A DNA stretch of 63,998 nucleotides, counting the filler, from Vicugna vicugna (taxonomy: Eukaryota): assembly GCA_013265495.1 (NCBI GenBank). It is 78 parts of 74 records of this genome, joined end to end, with 100 filler letters (N's around TTAATTAATTAA, not from the genome) between each part and the next. Parts side by side here need not be neighbours in the genome. Positions count along the whole stretch, not along the records: positions 51,308 to 51,820 come from PNXW01028619.1; positions 51,921 to 52,322 come from MU063304.1; positions 52,423 to 53,874 come from MU063305.1; positions 53,975 to 54,922 come from PNXW01028627.1; positions 55,023 to 56,179 come from MU063308.1; positions 56,280 to 57,602 come from MU063309.1; positions 57,703 to 58,442 come from PNXW01028639.1; positions 58,543 to 59,158 come from PNXW01028640.1; 70 more parts are not named here. The stretch is one strand, 5' to 3'. The position numbers were made by a program, and so were the translations under genes. Shown here piece after piece: positions 51,308 to 63,998 of the stretch. How positions within the stretch are numbered: position 1 is the stretch's first letter; every line of letters begins with the position of its first letter. Below the pieces are notes generated by a model. The model was not told where the DNA came from, made no database searches, and saw nothing but the letters and a program-made list of their open reading frames with translations.

Positions 51308-51820
51308 GAGGCTCCCCAAACTGACAGCAGCCCCTGGGTTCTAATAGAATCCGTTAGCTTGAATTCCCTAAGTGATTTCCTAGGCATAGCAGTGAGCGAT
51401 GGTGGGGGATGGGCTCTAAAGCCAAGTAATAGCTAGTGTCTCTCTATGAGAATTGAAGGTTTTTAAACTACATCATCTACCTGGGAATAACTGTGCCCCC
51501 ATAAAGATGCATGAACTCAGTTTCCCCACTTCCAACACACACACGAAGACGTGTTCAGGTATCCTGAGTTTGGGCCGAAGTGACAGCACCGCCTGGGTTC
51601 TAATAATATCCGATAGCTTTTAATCCCTGAGTGTTTCCCTAGGCCTGGCTCTGAGGGATAGCTGGGGATTGGGCTTTGGGACCATATAGAAACGAGTGCC
51701 CCTGATGGACTGTGGAATTATTTAGATCAATTCACCCTAAAGGTGAACACCTGTGCCCACATCCATCTACGTGATGTGGGGATACAGAAATCCCCCTCCC
51801 ACAAGACTGGCTTCTCGAAT
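51308..51820. repeat. SatD
   Basis: Same two-monomer order as 17225-17700. Confidence 0.9.
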
Positions 51821-52194
51821 NNNNNNNNNNNNNNNNNNNNNNNNNNNNNNNNNNNNNNNNNNNNTTAATTAATTAANNNNNNNNNNNNNNNNNNNNNNNN
51901 NNNNNNNNNNNNNNNNNNNNAACTATGACACCACCCAAAATATTGCCTTCCATTGCAGGTCCTACGCCTTCTGCCTTCTGTTTGTTTTCCTAAGCTCAGA
52001 ATAGAAGCAGATTAGACCAGCAGATGGCTGACATGCTCTTGTGATCTGGGACAGCCCTTCAAAGTAGGCAAGTGGGAGGGAACAGCTTCAGACCAGCAGG
52101 TCGCCCAATGGCAACCTCACCTCGATCATTCCGTGCAGCCCAAGAGACAGCATGTCATTCAGAGGGTAGACAGCAAAGACCCTGACAGCTACAA

Positions 52195-52322
52195 GAATAT
52201 AACCGCAGACTCACAGATACAAAGAACAAACTAGTGGTTACCAATGGGGAGAGGAAAGGCGGAGCGGCAATACAGGGGTAGGGGACTAAGAAGTACAAAC
52301 TATCAGATATAAAATAAAATAA
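52195..52322 (+). mobile_element. LINE-1 3'UTR fragment
   Basis: agactcacagatacaaagaacaaactagtggttacca...ggggactaagaagtacaaacta. Confidence 0.8.
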
Positions 52323-52422
52323 NNNNNNNNNNNNNNNNNNNNNNNNNNNNNNNNNNNNNNNNNNNNTTAATTAATTAANNNNNNNNNNNNNNNNNNNNNN
52401 NNNNNNNNNNNNNNNNNNNNNN

Positions 52423-53874
52423 CTGGTATCCTGAGTGTGGGGAGGCACCTCCAACTGACAGCAGTATTTGGGATCTAATAGGACCCATTAGGTGGTCTTC
52501 CCTGAGTGTTTTTCAAGGACGGGCTGGGAGCGAATTTGGAGGTTGGGCTCTATAGCTAAATAATAGCGAGTGCCTCTCTATGGGCAGTGGAGGTGTTCAA
52601 AGTTCATTCCCTCCCTGGGAAAAACTGTGACTCCATAAATTTGAGTGGACTATGTATCACCAACACGAGCACACACACAAAGACTTGTTCAGGTCTCCTG
52701 AGTGTGGGAAGTCTCCTACAAATGACAGCTGCGCCTGGGTTCTAATTGAATCCCTTAGCTTGTCTTCCCTGATGGCATGCCTAGGCTGGAGTGTGGGGGA
52801 AAGTGGGGTTTGGGCTTGAAGTCCAAGTAGCAACGAGTGCCCCCTGATTTACTGGGGAAGTACTTAGAGGATTTCAGCCTAAAATGGAACACCTGTGCCC
52901 CCATTCATCTGCGTGGACTGGGTCTCCACAACTCCCCCCCACACAAGGCTGGGATCCGGAATCCTGAGTGTGTGGAAGTTCCTCCAACTGACAGCAGCGC
53001 CTGCGTTCNNNNNNNNNNNNNNNNNNNNNNNNNNNNNNNNNNNNNNNNNNNNNNNNNNNNNNNNNNNNNNNNNNNNNNNNNNNNNNNNNNNNNNNNNNNN
53101 NNNNNNNNNNNNNNNNNNNNNNNNNNNNNNNNNNNNNNNNNNNNNNNNNNNNNNNNNNNNNNNNNNNNNNNNNNNNNNNNNNNNNNNNNNNNNNNNNNNN
53201 NNNNNNNNNNNNNNNNNNNNNNNNNNNNNNNNNNNNNNNNNNNNNNNNNNNNNNNNNNNNNNNNNNNNNNNNNNNNNNNNNNNNNNNNNNNNNNNNNNNN
53301 NNNNNNNNNNNNNNNNNNNNNNNNNNNNNNNNNNNNNNNNNNNNNNNNNNNNNNNNNNNNNNNNNNNNNNNNNNNNNNNNNNNNNNNNNNNNNNNNNNNN
53401 NNNNNNNNNNNNNNNNNNNNNNNNNNNNNNNNNNNNNNNNNNNNNNNNNNNNNNNNNNNNNNNNNNNNNNNNNNNNNNNNNNNNNNNNNNNNNNNNNNNN
53501 NNNNNNNNNNNNNNNNNNNNNNNNNNNNNNNNNNNNNNNNNNNNNNNNNNNNNNNNNNNNNNNNNNNNNNNNNNNNNNNNNNNNNNNNNNNNNNNNNNNN
53601 NNNNNNNNNNNNNNNNNNNNNNTGACTGAGGAATTACTTAGGGAACTCCCCTACCGGGGAACACCTGTGTCACCATTCATCTGCGTGGATTGGGGCTGCA
53701 CACCTCCCCCACACACAAGAGTGTCTCCGGAGTCCTGAGTGTTGGGAAGTTCCTCCATGTGACAGCAGCATCTAGGTTAAATACAATCCCTTATCTTGTC
53801 TTCCGTGATGGCTTGCCCTGCCAGGAAGTCGGGAGAAATTGGAGGTTGGGCTCTAAAACGAAGTATTAGCCAGT
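52423..53874. repeat. SatD
   Basis: gacagc at 52457, 52724 and 52990 (267/266). Confidence 0.9.
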
Positions 53875-53974
53875 NNNNNNNNNNNNNNNNNNNNNNNNNN
53901 NNNNNNNNNNNNNNNNNNTTAATTAATTAANNNNNNNNNNNNNNNNNNNNNNNNNNNNNNNNNNNNNNNNNNNN

Positions 53975-54922
53975 TGTAGAACACAGAATAGAGAATATAG
54001 AATATGGAATGCAAAATATAGAATACACAATATCGAATTTAGAACACAGAATATAGAATATAGAAAATAGTATATGGAACACAAATATAAAACATGGAAT
54101 TTAGAACACAGAATTTAGAATATAGTAGACATAATACTGTATATAGAATATAGAATATAGAATGAATAACACAGAATATAGAATCTGGACAAAGGAATGG
54201 AGAATATAGAATATAGAATATAGAATGAAGAACACCAAATATACAATATAGAATAGAGAATATAGAACCCAGAATTTAGAAATGGAATGCAGAACAGAGA
54301 ATTTAGAATATACAATACAGAATACAGAATATAGAATTTTGAATATAGAATGTAGAACACAGAATATAGAATATAGACAACGGAATGCAGAATGTAGATA
54401 GAATGTAGAACACAGAATATAGTATATAGACAACGGAATGCAGAATGTAGAATATAGAAAATACAATAATGAGAACGAAATATAGAATAGAGAATATAGA
54501 ACCCATAATTAAGAACATGGAAAGCAGAACACAGAATATAGAATATAAAACTCCGAATACTGTATATAGAATATGAATATATAATGTTGAACACAGAATT
54601 TAGAATATAGTATACAGAATACTGAATATAGAATTAAGAATATACAATGTAGAACACACAATATAGAATATAGAATACGGAATGCAGAATATAGAATACA
54701 GAATATAGAATGTAGAACACAGAATATTGAATATGGAAAACAGTATACGAAACCAAGTATTGAGAATATGGAATGCAGAACTCAGAATATATAATATAGA
54801 AAACAGAATACTGAATATAAAATTTCGAATATAGAATGAAGATCAAAGAATTTAGAATACAGAATAAAGAATACTGTATATTGAATTTAGAATATAGAAT
54901 GTAGAACACAGAATATAGAATA
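53975..54922. repeat. SatE
   Basis: 7-nt periodicity. Confidence 0.95.
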
Positions 54923-56279
54923 NNNNNNNNNNNNNNNNNNNNNNNNNNNNNNNNNNNNNNNNNNNNTTAATTAATTAANNNNNNNNNNNNNNNNNNNNNN
55001 NNNNNNNNNNNNNNNNNNNNNNAATGGGCCAGAAGAGGAGACGTCTCAACTAAATACAAACTCTCTTTCAATATTTGAACTTAAAAGCAAAGAATAGGCA
55101 CTTTTTTAGACACTCTGTCTGTACTTTCTCTTCTAGTTGTTTATTTGCCTTTGGTCCTTTATATTAATCTATCCATTGAAACAATGAAACCACATGGAAG
55201 GTTGACAGCTGCATTCTCCATGACATGTAACATTATAAAAACTGCAGTCCCCAGCTCTGTGGTGTTGACACACACTGAGTGTTTGCAGACCGTAGATACC
55301 ACATTCTGCAGGGAATAGCACTGGGTCACAGAAAGATCTGACATGCTTCTTGACTTTATTTTACAAAGAGAAAACTTACCAGTCACTAACAAGTGGGACT
55401 GAACACTTTGGAGCAATGGGATAGAAAATGTGACTTTAGGACAATTCTTGGACACATGGTCTAATACGTCCAGTTCTGCTTGTGGAGGGAAGAGGACTGA
55501 AAAGCCTGAAACTCTTCAAAATCTGATAAATAAGACTCAATGTCAGATTTCAAAAGAAACACGATTTTATTCTTCTTATAACTTTGCAAAACCCAAAAAG
55601 CAACTGAAGAGATTCTGAAAGTCAGAAGGACTGTTTTTTAAATCACATGATGCTAAAGAAACTATTTATTGAGAACCCTAAGTAGAGCCCTAGAATCAAG
55701 TAAGGAAGAAAGAGATATGTTAATTATTGGGGATAAGATGCCTTTCACCACGANNNNNNNNNNNNNNNNNNNNNNNNNNNNNNNNNNNNNNNNNNNNNNN
55801 NNNNNNNNNNNNNNNNNNNNNNNNNNNNNNNNNNNNNNNNNNNNNNNNNNNNNNNNNNNNNNNNNNNNNNNNNNNNNNNNNNNNNNNNNNNNNNNNNNNN
55901 NNNNNNNNNNNNNNNNNTCAACTTGTTTAATCTGCAGTTCCCCTCAGCTCGAACCTTTCATACGAACTGCTTTTCCCATGCCCCTTTTCAGGTACTGCCG
56001 AACTTAATGACCAGGGAAAGAGCAGTAGACAAAGTGAAGGTTTGTGGTGAGCCACGTTATTCCCAGCTGTGCGCACAGACCACGTGGTCTATGAACAGCA
56101 CACACCCTCCTTCCCATTTGGGGGAGGCACATCAGAACCCAGGTACCATGTGCATGTGCTGACAGGGACTCAGAGACACNNNNNNNNNNNNNNNNNNNNN
56201 NNNNNNNNNNNNNNNNNNNNNNNTTAATTAATTAANNNNNNNNNNNNNNNNNNNNNNNNNNNNNNNNNNNNNNNNNNNN

Positions 56280-57602
56280 CTGTAAAACCGCGTTGGGACT
56301 TGTACCTCCCCATATATATGTATGAGTTGGCGTTGGCAAATTAAAAGAAACTTTGTGTTCCATTCAAGCTAGGTGAAGGACGGCTTTCACACACACTTAT
56401 CTCTCAGAACTGAGCATGTGGAGAGACGTTCGTTCATCCAGCACAAAGGGAACGGGTTGCAGGAGAAACCCTTANNNNNNNNNNNNNNNNNNNNNNNNNN
56501 NNNNNNNNNNNNNNNNNNNNNNNNNNNNNNNNNNNNNNNNNNNNNNNNNNNNNNNNNNNNNNNNNNNNNNNNNNNNNNNNNNNNNNNNNNNNNNNNNNNN
56601 NNNNNNNNNNNNNNNNNNNNNNNNNNNNNNNNNNNNNNNNNNNNNNNNNNNNNNNNNNNNNNNNNNNNNNNNNNNNNNNNNNNNNNNNNNNNNNNNNNNN
56701 NNNNNNNNNNNNNNNNNNNNNNNNNNNNNNNNNNNNNNNNNNNNNNNNNNNNNNNNNNNNNNNNNNNNNNNNNNNNNNNNNNNNNNNNNNNNNNNNNNNN
56801 NNNNNNNNNNNNGTGGAGTTTGCAACTGAAAAGAAACTTTGTGTTCCCTTCAAGTTAGGTGAAGGACGGCTTTCACACACACTTATCTCTCAGAACTGAG
56901 CACGTGGAGAGACGTTCGTTCATCCAGCACAAAGGGAACGGTTTGGACAAGAAACCCTGACTCTGTTTTCTCAGTCTGTTTCCTAGTGCCGGTTTGAAGT
57001 GCCTGCCGTTTTCACTGTAAAACCGTGTTGTAGCTTGTACCTCCCCATATATATGTATGGAGTGGAGTTTGCAACTGAAAAGAAACTTTGTGTTCCCTTC
57101 AAGTTAGGTGAAGGACGGCTTTCACACACACTTATCTCTCAGAAATGAGCATGGGGAGAGACGTTGGTTCATCCAGCACAATTGGAACGGGTTGCAGGAG
57201 AAACACTGACCCTGGTTTCTCTGTGTATTTCCTAGTGCCGGTTTGAAGTGCCTGCCGTTTTCACTGTAAAACCGTGTTGTAGCTTGTACCTCCCCATATA
57301 TATGTATGGAGTGGAGTTTGCAACTGAAAGGAAACTTTGTGTTCCCTTCAAGCTAGGTGAAGGACGGCTTTCACACACACTTATATCTCAGAACTGAGCA
57401 TGTGGAGAGACGTTGGTTCATCCAGCACAATTGGAACGGGTTGCAGGAGAAACCCTTTCCCTGGTTTCTCAGTCTGTTTCCTAGTGCCGGTTTGAAGTGC
57501 CTGCCGTTTTCTCTGTAAGATCGAGTTGGAACTTGTACCTCCCCATATATATTTATTGAGTGGGGTTTGCAAGTGAAAAGAAACTTTGTGTTCCCTTCAA
57601 GC
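56280..57602. repeat. SatA, homogeneous copies
   Basis: Anchors at 56893, 57142 and 57391 (period 249). Confidence 0.96.
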
Positions 57603-58542
57603 NNNNNNNNNNNNNNNNNNNNNNNNNNNNNNNNNNNNNNNNNNNNTTAATTAATTAANNNNNNNNNNNNNNNNNNNNNNNNNNNNNNNNNNNNNNNNNN
57701 NNAAAACACATGTAACTATATTTATATAGTTATATATGTATATAGTTTGTACTATTGGTAGACCCACGTGGATGGAGCTGTTACTCCAATCACTCGGAAT
57801 TAATTTTTGCTCAGCGTGCCTATCAGCAGGCATTTAATACATGTTTTGCTAATTGATTCAGGTATTGCTAATCATTTCACTGATGTGCAAGTTAGGAAAG
57901 ACAAAGGAAGTCAAGTTGCTTAAATCATTTTACAAACAATCCAGTTTCTTAAATATATATCACTTTTATTACCATAGCTGTACATATATTGTATACAGAT
58001 ATGTTAGTAGTACAGAATATATTACTATATGGGTAATCTAATAGATATATTATCATGTCATGTCAAACTTAATTATAAAACCATGTTGCTCTTTTTATCC
58101 ATGGGGGAAATAGTCCTGGCTGATTGAATATTATAGAAAACAAAGCTTGTATTACAGAGGGTGTTTTAAAAATATGTATTAGGTTTCACACATCCAGATT
58201 TTCAGCAATAAAATAAAATTAATGTCTCTAACTGTGCCAGAAAGAAGGTGAACAGCTTCTTCTTTGTTAGATATGAAACAATTTTACTTTTTTCTTTAGA
58301 ACTACACACATTATGCATTATTTATAGCTACCTGGATGTTAATTTCTACATCTTAATTGCTAACATGATTTATAATATGTCTTTGCATTTTTCAAAGCTC
58401 CAGCTTACTTGAAATAATACTTAACTTAAAAATTTTCTTAATNNNNNNNNNNNNNNNNNNNNNNNNNNNNNNNNNNNNNNNNNNNNTTAATTAATTAANN
58501 NNNNNNNNNNNNNNNNNNNNNNNNNNNNNNNNNNNNNNNNNN

Positions 58543-59158
58543 ATCCAGCACAAAAGGAACGGGTTGCAGGAGAAACAATTACTCTGTTTTCTCAGAATAT
58601 TTCCAAGTGCCGATTTGAAGTTCTTGCAGTTTTCACAGAACAACTGAGTTGGAGCTTCTACCCCCCACATATATATATATGTATTGGAATTTGGAAATGA
58701 AAAGAAACTTTGTGTTCCCTTCAAGCTAGGTGAAGAATGGCTTTCACACACAATTATCTCTCAGAACTGAGCATGTGGAGAAACGATCGTTCATCCAGCA
58801 CCAAGGGAACGGGTTGCAGATGCAGGTGAAACACTTACTCTGGTTTCTTAGTCTGTTTCCTAGTGCCGGTTTGAATTTCCTGCTGTTTCAGTGAAAAATG
58901 GAGTTGAACATTTTACCTCCCCATATATATGTATGGAGTGGAGTTTGCAACTGAAAAGAAACTTTGTATTCCCTTCAAGCTAGGTGGAGGAGGGCTTTCA
59001 CACACGGTTTTCTCTCAGAAGTGATCATGTGGAGAGATGTTCATTCATCCAGCACAAAGGGAACGGATTGCAGGAGAAACACTTACTCTGGTTATTCAGT
59101 CTGTTCCTAGTGCCGGTTTGAAGTTCCTGCAGTTTTCACAGTTAAACCGAGTTGGAGC
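58543..59158. repeat. SatA
   Basis: About 2.5 diverged monomers. Confidence 0.93.
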
Positions 59159-59258
59159 NNNNNNNNNNNNNNNNNNNNNNNNNNNNNNNNNNNNNNNNNN
59201 NNTTAATTAATTAANNNNNNNNNNNNNNNNNNNNNNNNNNNNNNNNNNNNNNNNNNNN

Positions 59259-61144
59259 CCCCCTAGCATTCCCTGGCAGAGAGACTTGAGGAAAACATTC
59301 AGGAGAGACGAGCACAGGCTTTCCGTTAGAACCCAAGCGCTGCCGACCTTTGGTGGAACCTCCCCACTCTCAGGATTCCGGAACCATAGTCATTGAGTGT
59401 TGGATCACGAGAGAAAACTCCACGCAGCTTTCTTCAGTCACAGGTGTTCCTTGCTCGGGGAAGTCCGAGAAATAACTTCCCAGAACTTGGGGAGGCAGCC
59501 TCTGTCACTGGGATTTCCTGCAAACCCCCTTGCATTCCCTGGCAAAGAGACATGAGGAAAACCATCAGGGGAGACGAGCACATGCATTCCCTTAGAACAC
59601 AAGCGCTGCCGACCGTTGGTGGCACCTCCCCACGCTCAGGATACCGGAACAATAGTCATTGAGTGGGGGAAATCGAGAGAAAGCTCCACGCAGCTCTCCT
59701 CAGTCACAGGTGTTCCCTGCTTGGGGAAGTCCGAAATATACNNNNNNNNNNNNNNNNNNNNNNNNNNNNNNNNNNNNNNNNNNNNNNNNNNNNNNNNNNN
59801 NNNNNNNNNNNNNNNNNNNNNNNNNNNCCCGCAGCTCAGTCACGGGTGTTCCCTGTTCGGGGAAGTCCGGGAAAAACCTTCCCTGACCTTGGGGAGGCAG
59901 CCTCGGTCACTGGGATTTCCTGCAATCACCCCTAGCATTCCCTGGCATGGCACNNNNNNNNNNNNNNNNNNNNNNNNNNNNNNNNNNNNNNNNNNNNNNN
60001 NNNNNNNNNNNNNNNNNNNNNNNNNNNNNNNNNNNNNNNNNNNNNNNNNNNNNNNNNNNNNNNNNNNNNNNNNNNNNNNNNNNNNNNNNNNNNNNNNNNN
60101 NNNNNNNNNNNNNNNNNNNNNNNNNNNNNNNNNNNNNNNNNNNNNNNNNNNNNNNNNNNNNNNNNNNNNNNNNNNNNNNNNNNNNNNNNNNNNNNNNNNN
60201 NNNNNNNNNNNNNNNNNNNNNNNNNNNNNNNNNNNNNNNNNNNNNNNNNNNNNNNNNNNNNNNNNNNNNNNNNNNNNNNNNNNNNNNNNNNNNNNNNNNN
60301 NNNNNNNNNNNNNNNNNNNNNNNNNNNNNNNNNNNNNNNNNNNNNNNNNNNNNNNNNNNNNNNNNNNNNNNNNNNNNNNNNNNNNNNNNNNNNNNNNNNN
60401 NNNNNNNNNNNNNNNNNNNNNNNNNNNNNNNNNNNNNNNNNNNNNNNNNNNNNNNNNNNNNNNNNNNNNNNNNNNNNNNNNNNNNNNNNNNNNNNNNNNN
60501 NNNNNNNNNNNNNNNNNNNNNNNNNNNNNNNNNNNNNNNNNNNNNNNNNNNNNNNNNNNNNNNNNNNNNNNNNNNNNNNNNNNNNNNNNNNNNNNNNNNN
60601 NNNNNNNNNNNNNNNNNNNNNNNNNNNNNNNNNNNNNNNNNNNNNNNNNNNNNNNNNNNNNNNNNNNNNNNNNNNNNNNNNNNNNNNNNNNNNNNNNNNN
60701 NNNNNNNNNNNNNNNNNNNNNNNNNNNNNNNNNNNNNNNNNNNNNNNNNNNNNNNNNNNNNNNNNNNNNNNNNNNNNNNNNNNNNNNNNNNNNNNNNNNN
60801 NNNNNNNNNNNNNNNNNNNNNNNNNNNNNNNNNNNNNNNNNNNNNNNNNNNNNNNNNNNNNNNNNNNNNNNNNNNNNNNNNNNNNNNNNCCGACCGTTGG
60901 TGAAACCTCCCCACGCTCAGGACTCCGGAAACATTGTCATTGAGTGGGGGAGCTCGAGAGACAACTCCACGCAGCTCTCTTCAGTCACAGGTGTTCCCTG
61001 CACGGGGAATTCCGAGAAATACCTTCCCTGAACTTGGGGAGGCAGCCTCGGCCACTGGGATTTCCTGAAACACCCCCTAGCATTCCATGGCATAGACATA
61101 TGGGGAAAACCCTCAGGGGAGACGAGCACAGGCATTCCCTTAGA
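59259..61144. repeat. SatB, subfamily 2
   Basis: gtcattgagtg / gagcacaggc variants. Confidence 0.92.
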
Positions 61145-61259
61145 NNNNNNNNNNNNNNNNNNNNNNNNNNNNNNNNNNNNNNNNNNNNTTAATTAATTAA
61201 NNNNNNNNNNNNNNNNNNNNNNNNNNNNNNNNNNNNNNNNNNNNGTGGGGAGCGAGGGG

Positions 61260-61476
61260 CGGGGACTTAGTTGGGGGACATTAAGGAATGGAATTGTAGT
61301 ATTGACGGGGGTGAGGGAGTGGAAAAGTAAAGGAAAACTCCCAGATGTATGTCACGGAAAACAGATGGGATAGTGATGCCATTGTTTGAAGAAGTAAACC
61401 TAGTTCTGAGCAAGTGTAAATCCAAACATACAGAGCTTGAGATTTTTATGGACTAATCAAGTGGGAATGTCTACTT
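61260..61476 (-). mobile_element. LINE-2 fragment
   Basis: gggggtgagggagtgg...actcccagatg...gatagtgatgccatt. Confidence 0.55.
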
Positions 61477-61729
61477 NNNNNNNNNNNNNNNNNNNNNNNN
61501 NNNNNNNNNNNNNNNNNNNNNNNNNNNNNNNNNNNNNNNNNNNNNNNNNNNNNNNNNNNNNNNNNNNNNNNNNNNNNNNNNNNNNNNNNNNNNNNNNNNN
61601 NNNNNNNNNNNNNNNNNNNNGAAAAGGGAACACTTCTGGTTCAGAAAATATGGCAGAACGGAAACTTGAAGACACACTCACTAAAGACACATAAAAACGT
61701 AGGACACAATGTCGCCAAACTTTTCTTGT

Positions 61730-62038
61730 TTTTTTTTTTTTATTTTACAGGCACCTTTATTTTGGTATGATTCCTGTATATTAAATTATACATACTTCAC
61801 ATGTCGTATTTGATCAGTTTGATAGATGTCTACAGCCAGAAAACCATCACCACAATCAAGAAAGCTAACATTTCCATAACTCCCCAAGAGGGACACTTTT
61901 CCAATTCCCATATTTATCCCTTCCCATCCTCTTCTCTCCCTGGTAACCGTAAGTTTGTTTCTGTATGCTGTGGGTCCGTTTCTCTTTTGTAGTTAAATTC
62001 ATCTGTGTCTTTTTTTAGATTCCACATATAAGTGATAT
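61730..62038 (-). mobile_element. LINE-1 3' end (composite); paralogous to 3365-3671
   Basis: ccctggtaaccgtaagtttgtt...ttttagattccacatataagtgatat. Confidence 0.85.
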
Positions 62039-62881
62039 NNNNNNNNNNNNNNNNNNNNNNNNNNNNNNNNNNNNNNNNNNNNTTAATTAATTAANNNNNN
62101 NNNNNNNNNNNNNNNNNNNNNNNNNNNNNNNNNNNNNNCTCCAACTGCACCCCAGGAAGGAGAGGCCCTTCCATCCCACTGGTAAGAAACCCATCCCAGG
62201 GGAGTTCCGAAGCACTGCATTGCTGTCAGGTCCAGCATCCCTACAGAGTGGCCCCTCCCCCTGAATGAGCCCCTTCCCTGGGCCTTCCCTGCCCCGACAT
62301 GACAACACCCCAGGTGGTGCTGTGGAAGGCAGGGAGTGCAGTAAGGGGTGGGGGGAGGAGAGCCCCTTGCTCTGGAGTGAGGGTTCTTGGGGAGACCACA
62401 AAGCAAGGCTCACCCCACCCCATACCCCAAACTCTTAGCCCAACCAACACAGGGGCCGCTCTGCGCCCTCTCACCGTGGCTCTCCTCTGAGACTGCACCC
62501 AACCCGGCATCTGGCACCCCAGCCCTACCTCCCCTCTTATGACAGATACCGTCTTCATGGAAACTGCCTAGCAGCGCGTATTCAAGGCCGGCAGCTGGCC
62601 TGGCGGATCTGCATTTCAGGTGCCCTACCTGGCCAACCATGCGTGCCTGGGCTCAGTCCTCTATCTTGCCCACCGGCAGCCTGGGTCCACGTCCGGTGCA
62701 AGCGGACGCCGCGGAGCCCAGGCTGATCCCCACACACAGACAGGTGAGGGTGCCCCCGCCCCGCTGCCCCGCTGCCCCGCCNNNNNNNNNNNNNNNNNNN
62801 NNNNNNNNNNNNNNNNNNNNNNNNNTTAATTAATTAANNNNNNNNNNNNNNNNNNNNNNNNNNNNNNNNNNNNNNNNNNNN

Positions 62882-63414
62882 ATGTTGACGGTGATGGAGT
62901 TCTCTCTAGGGTTGAACTGAGAGACATGTGGTTGCACAGTGGTCTGGAAGGACAACTGCACCGATGATACCCTGGTAAAGTCTGATTGTATACATCTTGC
63001 ATGTAAACTTCCAACAGGAACATAGAGTGAAGAATTTTTTAAAAGAGGTTGAGAAAAAGATTTCTTACTACTTCTAGGTTCTATATTATGTTTCTCAAAA
63101 TATTCATAGCCAAAGATGCAAAATTGGGAAGAGAATTTGCCTTAGAAAATTTAGTAAACTGTATGTATTATGTAAAAATAAAAAATGAAACCACTGGAAA
63201 ATTGTCATAAATTTTTATGGCAAACAAGCAATCTATTTCTGGAATTAAAAAAAAAAAAACTTGACCGAAAATATTTTATACTTCAGCTACTGGCTAATAA
63301 AAATGATACCTTCTCTTTCCTAACTACTGATTTGGGTTTCTGGGTTTAAAGGAATTACTTGTGGATCTATCCAACATTGTAGAAGACACATAGAATGCAC
63401 ATGACACCACAAAG
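62882..63414 (+). pseudogene. USP32: Unprocessed USP32 pseudogene fragment: two EF-hand-region exons (62882-~62974 and 63352-63414) and the intron between them
   Basis: Exon 1 reads (D)VDGDGVLSRVELRDM, then frameshifts to VWKDNCTDD (USP32 as recalled: DVDRDGVLSRVELRDMVVALLEVWKDNRTDD). Exon 2 is ag-[63 bp]-gtgagt and reads ELLVDLSNIVEDT*NAHDTTK (USP32: ELHMDLSDIVEGILNAHDTTK), with TAG at 63391-63393. Confidence 0.88.
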
Positions 63415-63768
63415 GTGAGTCTAGCAGAGACTAATTTATTCTTTTCTAAAAATACATTATATTCTGAATTGGTATACATACCTTACATATACATACTTAC
63501 TTCTACATCTGCTAAATGCTTATTTGGACCTGTGGTTACAATAACTCCAAGTTGTCCCTAAGGAAAGCCCATTTGACCTTTAAAAAACTTCATTAAGTGT
63601 TATTTACATAAAAATATATTTTAAAAGCTAGGCATTTTGTAAAAATTAAGTAGAGACAGCCCTTGCCATNNNNNNNNNNNNNNNNNNNNNNNNNNNNNNN
63701 NNNNNNNNNNNNNTTAATTAATTAANNNNNNNNNNNNNNNNNNNNNNNNNNNNNNNNNNNNNNNNNNN

Positions 63769-63900
63769 NGGTTACTTCCTGTGAGAGGAGGCCAAGAGCA
63801 GGATAGGGAAAGAGTACACAGTATGTCACTGTCAATATTTCTGTTATGATGCTGGGTGATAAGTTCATAGCTGTGTCTTATAATACTAATTTTAATACAT
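63769..63900 (+). mobile_element. Old LINE-1 (L1ME-type) 3' end remnant
   Basis: ggttacttcctgtgag...gctgggtgataagttcatagctgtg. Confidence 0.45.
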
Positions 63901-63998
63901 AAATACCTCTGACAGGCACCTGCGATGAGAATGTTTCATGAACCAAGACATACAATGGATAATATTACATCATTATTGTTATGTAATCTTGTTATATT

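Noticed and set aside
55159..55455. 98-aa ORF in unique-looking sequence
   Set aside because: No recognisable domain, non-ATG-supported context and no clear splice boundaries.
59616..61031. Long ORFs (e.g. 471, 388, 335, 323 aa) in the ORF track
   Set aside because: They consist mostly of X from N gaps, with satellite translation at the ends.
62139..62781. GC-rich scaffold with several overlapping ORFs, next to the USP32 fragment
   Set aside because: No recognisable protein, and it is separated from USP32 by an artificial linker, so it is no evidence for a chimeric gene.
830..63725. TTAATTAATTAA repeated between unique segments, superficially like a CRISPR or cassette array
   Set aside because: It is always embedded in exactly 44+44 N. 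It is a six-frame stop linker added during assembly.

Overview
This is not a contiguous locus. It is a concatenation of about 78 short unplaced mammalian scaffolds (about 0.15-1.9 kb each), joined by an artificial 100-bp linker (N44-TTAATTAATTAA-N44, stop codons in all six frames). The L1 3' ends, a tRNA-derived SINE remnant and a 267-bp satellite suggest a camelid, probably South American (inference). About half of the pieces (38) are satellite DNA from five families: SatA (249 bp); SatB (267 bp, CpG-rich, with a near CENP-B box); SatC (about 246-bp monomers in a ~737-bp trimer); SatD (diverged, CpG-poor 267-bp relative of SatB in a multimeric order); and SatE (AGAATAT heptamer with higher-order units). 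SatA and SatC share a co-linear core, as do SatB and SatD, so they look like a related satellite library. The rest is L1/L2/MIR/DNA-transposon/ERV debris, three pairs of paralogous fragments, a GC-rich ~160/471-bp repeat and two disabled exons of a USP32 copy. No intact protein-coding gene, RNA gene or CRISPR array is supported. Most ORF-track entries are artefacts of N runs or satellites.
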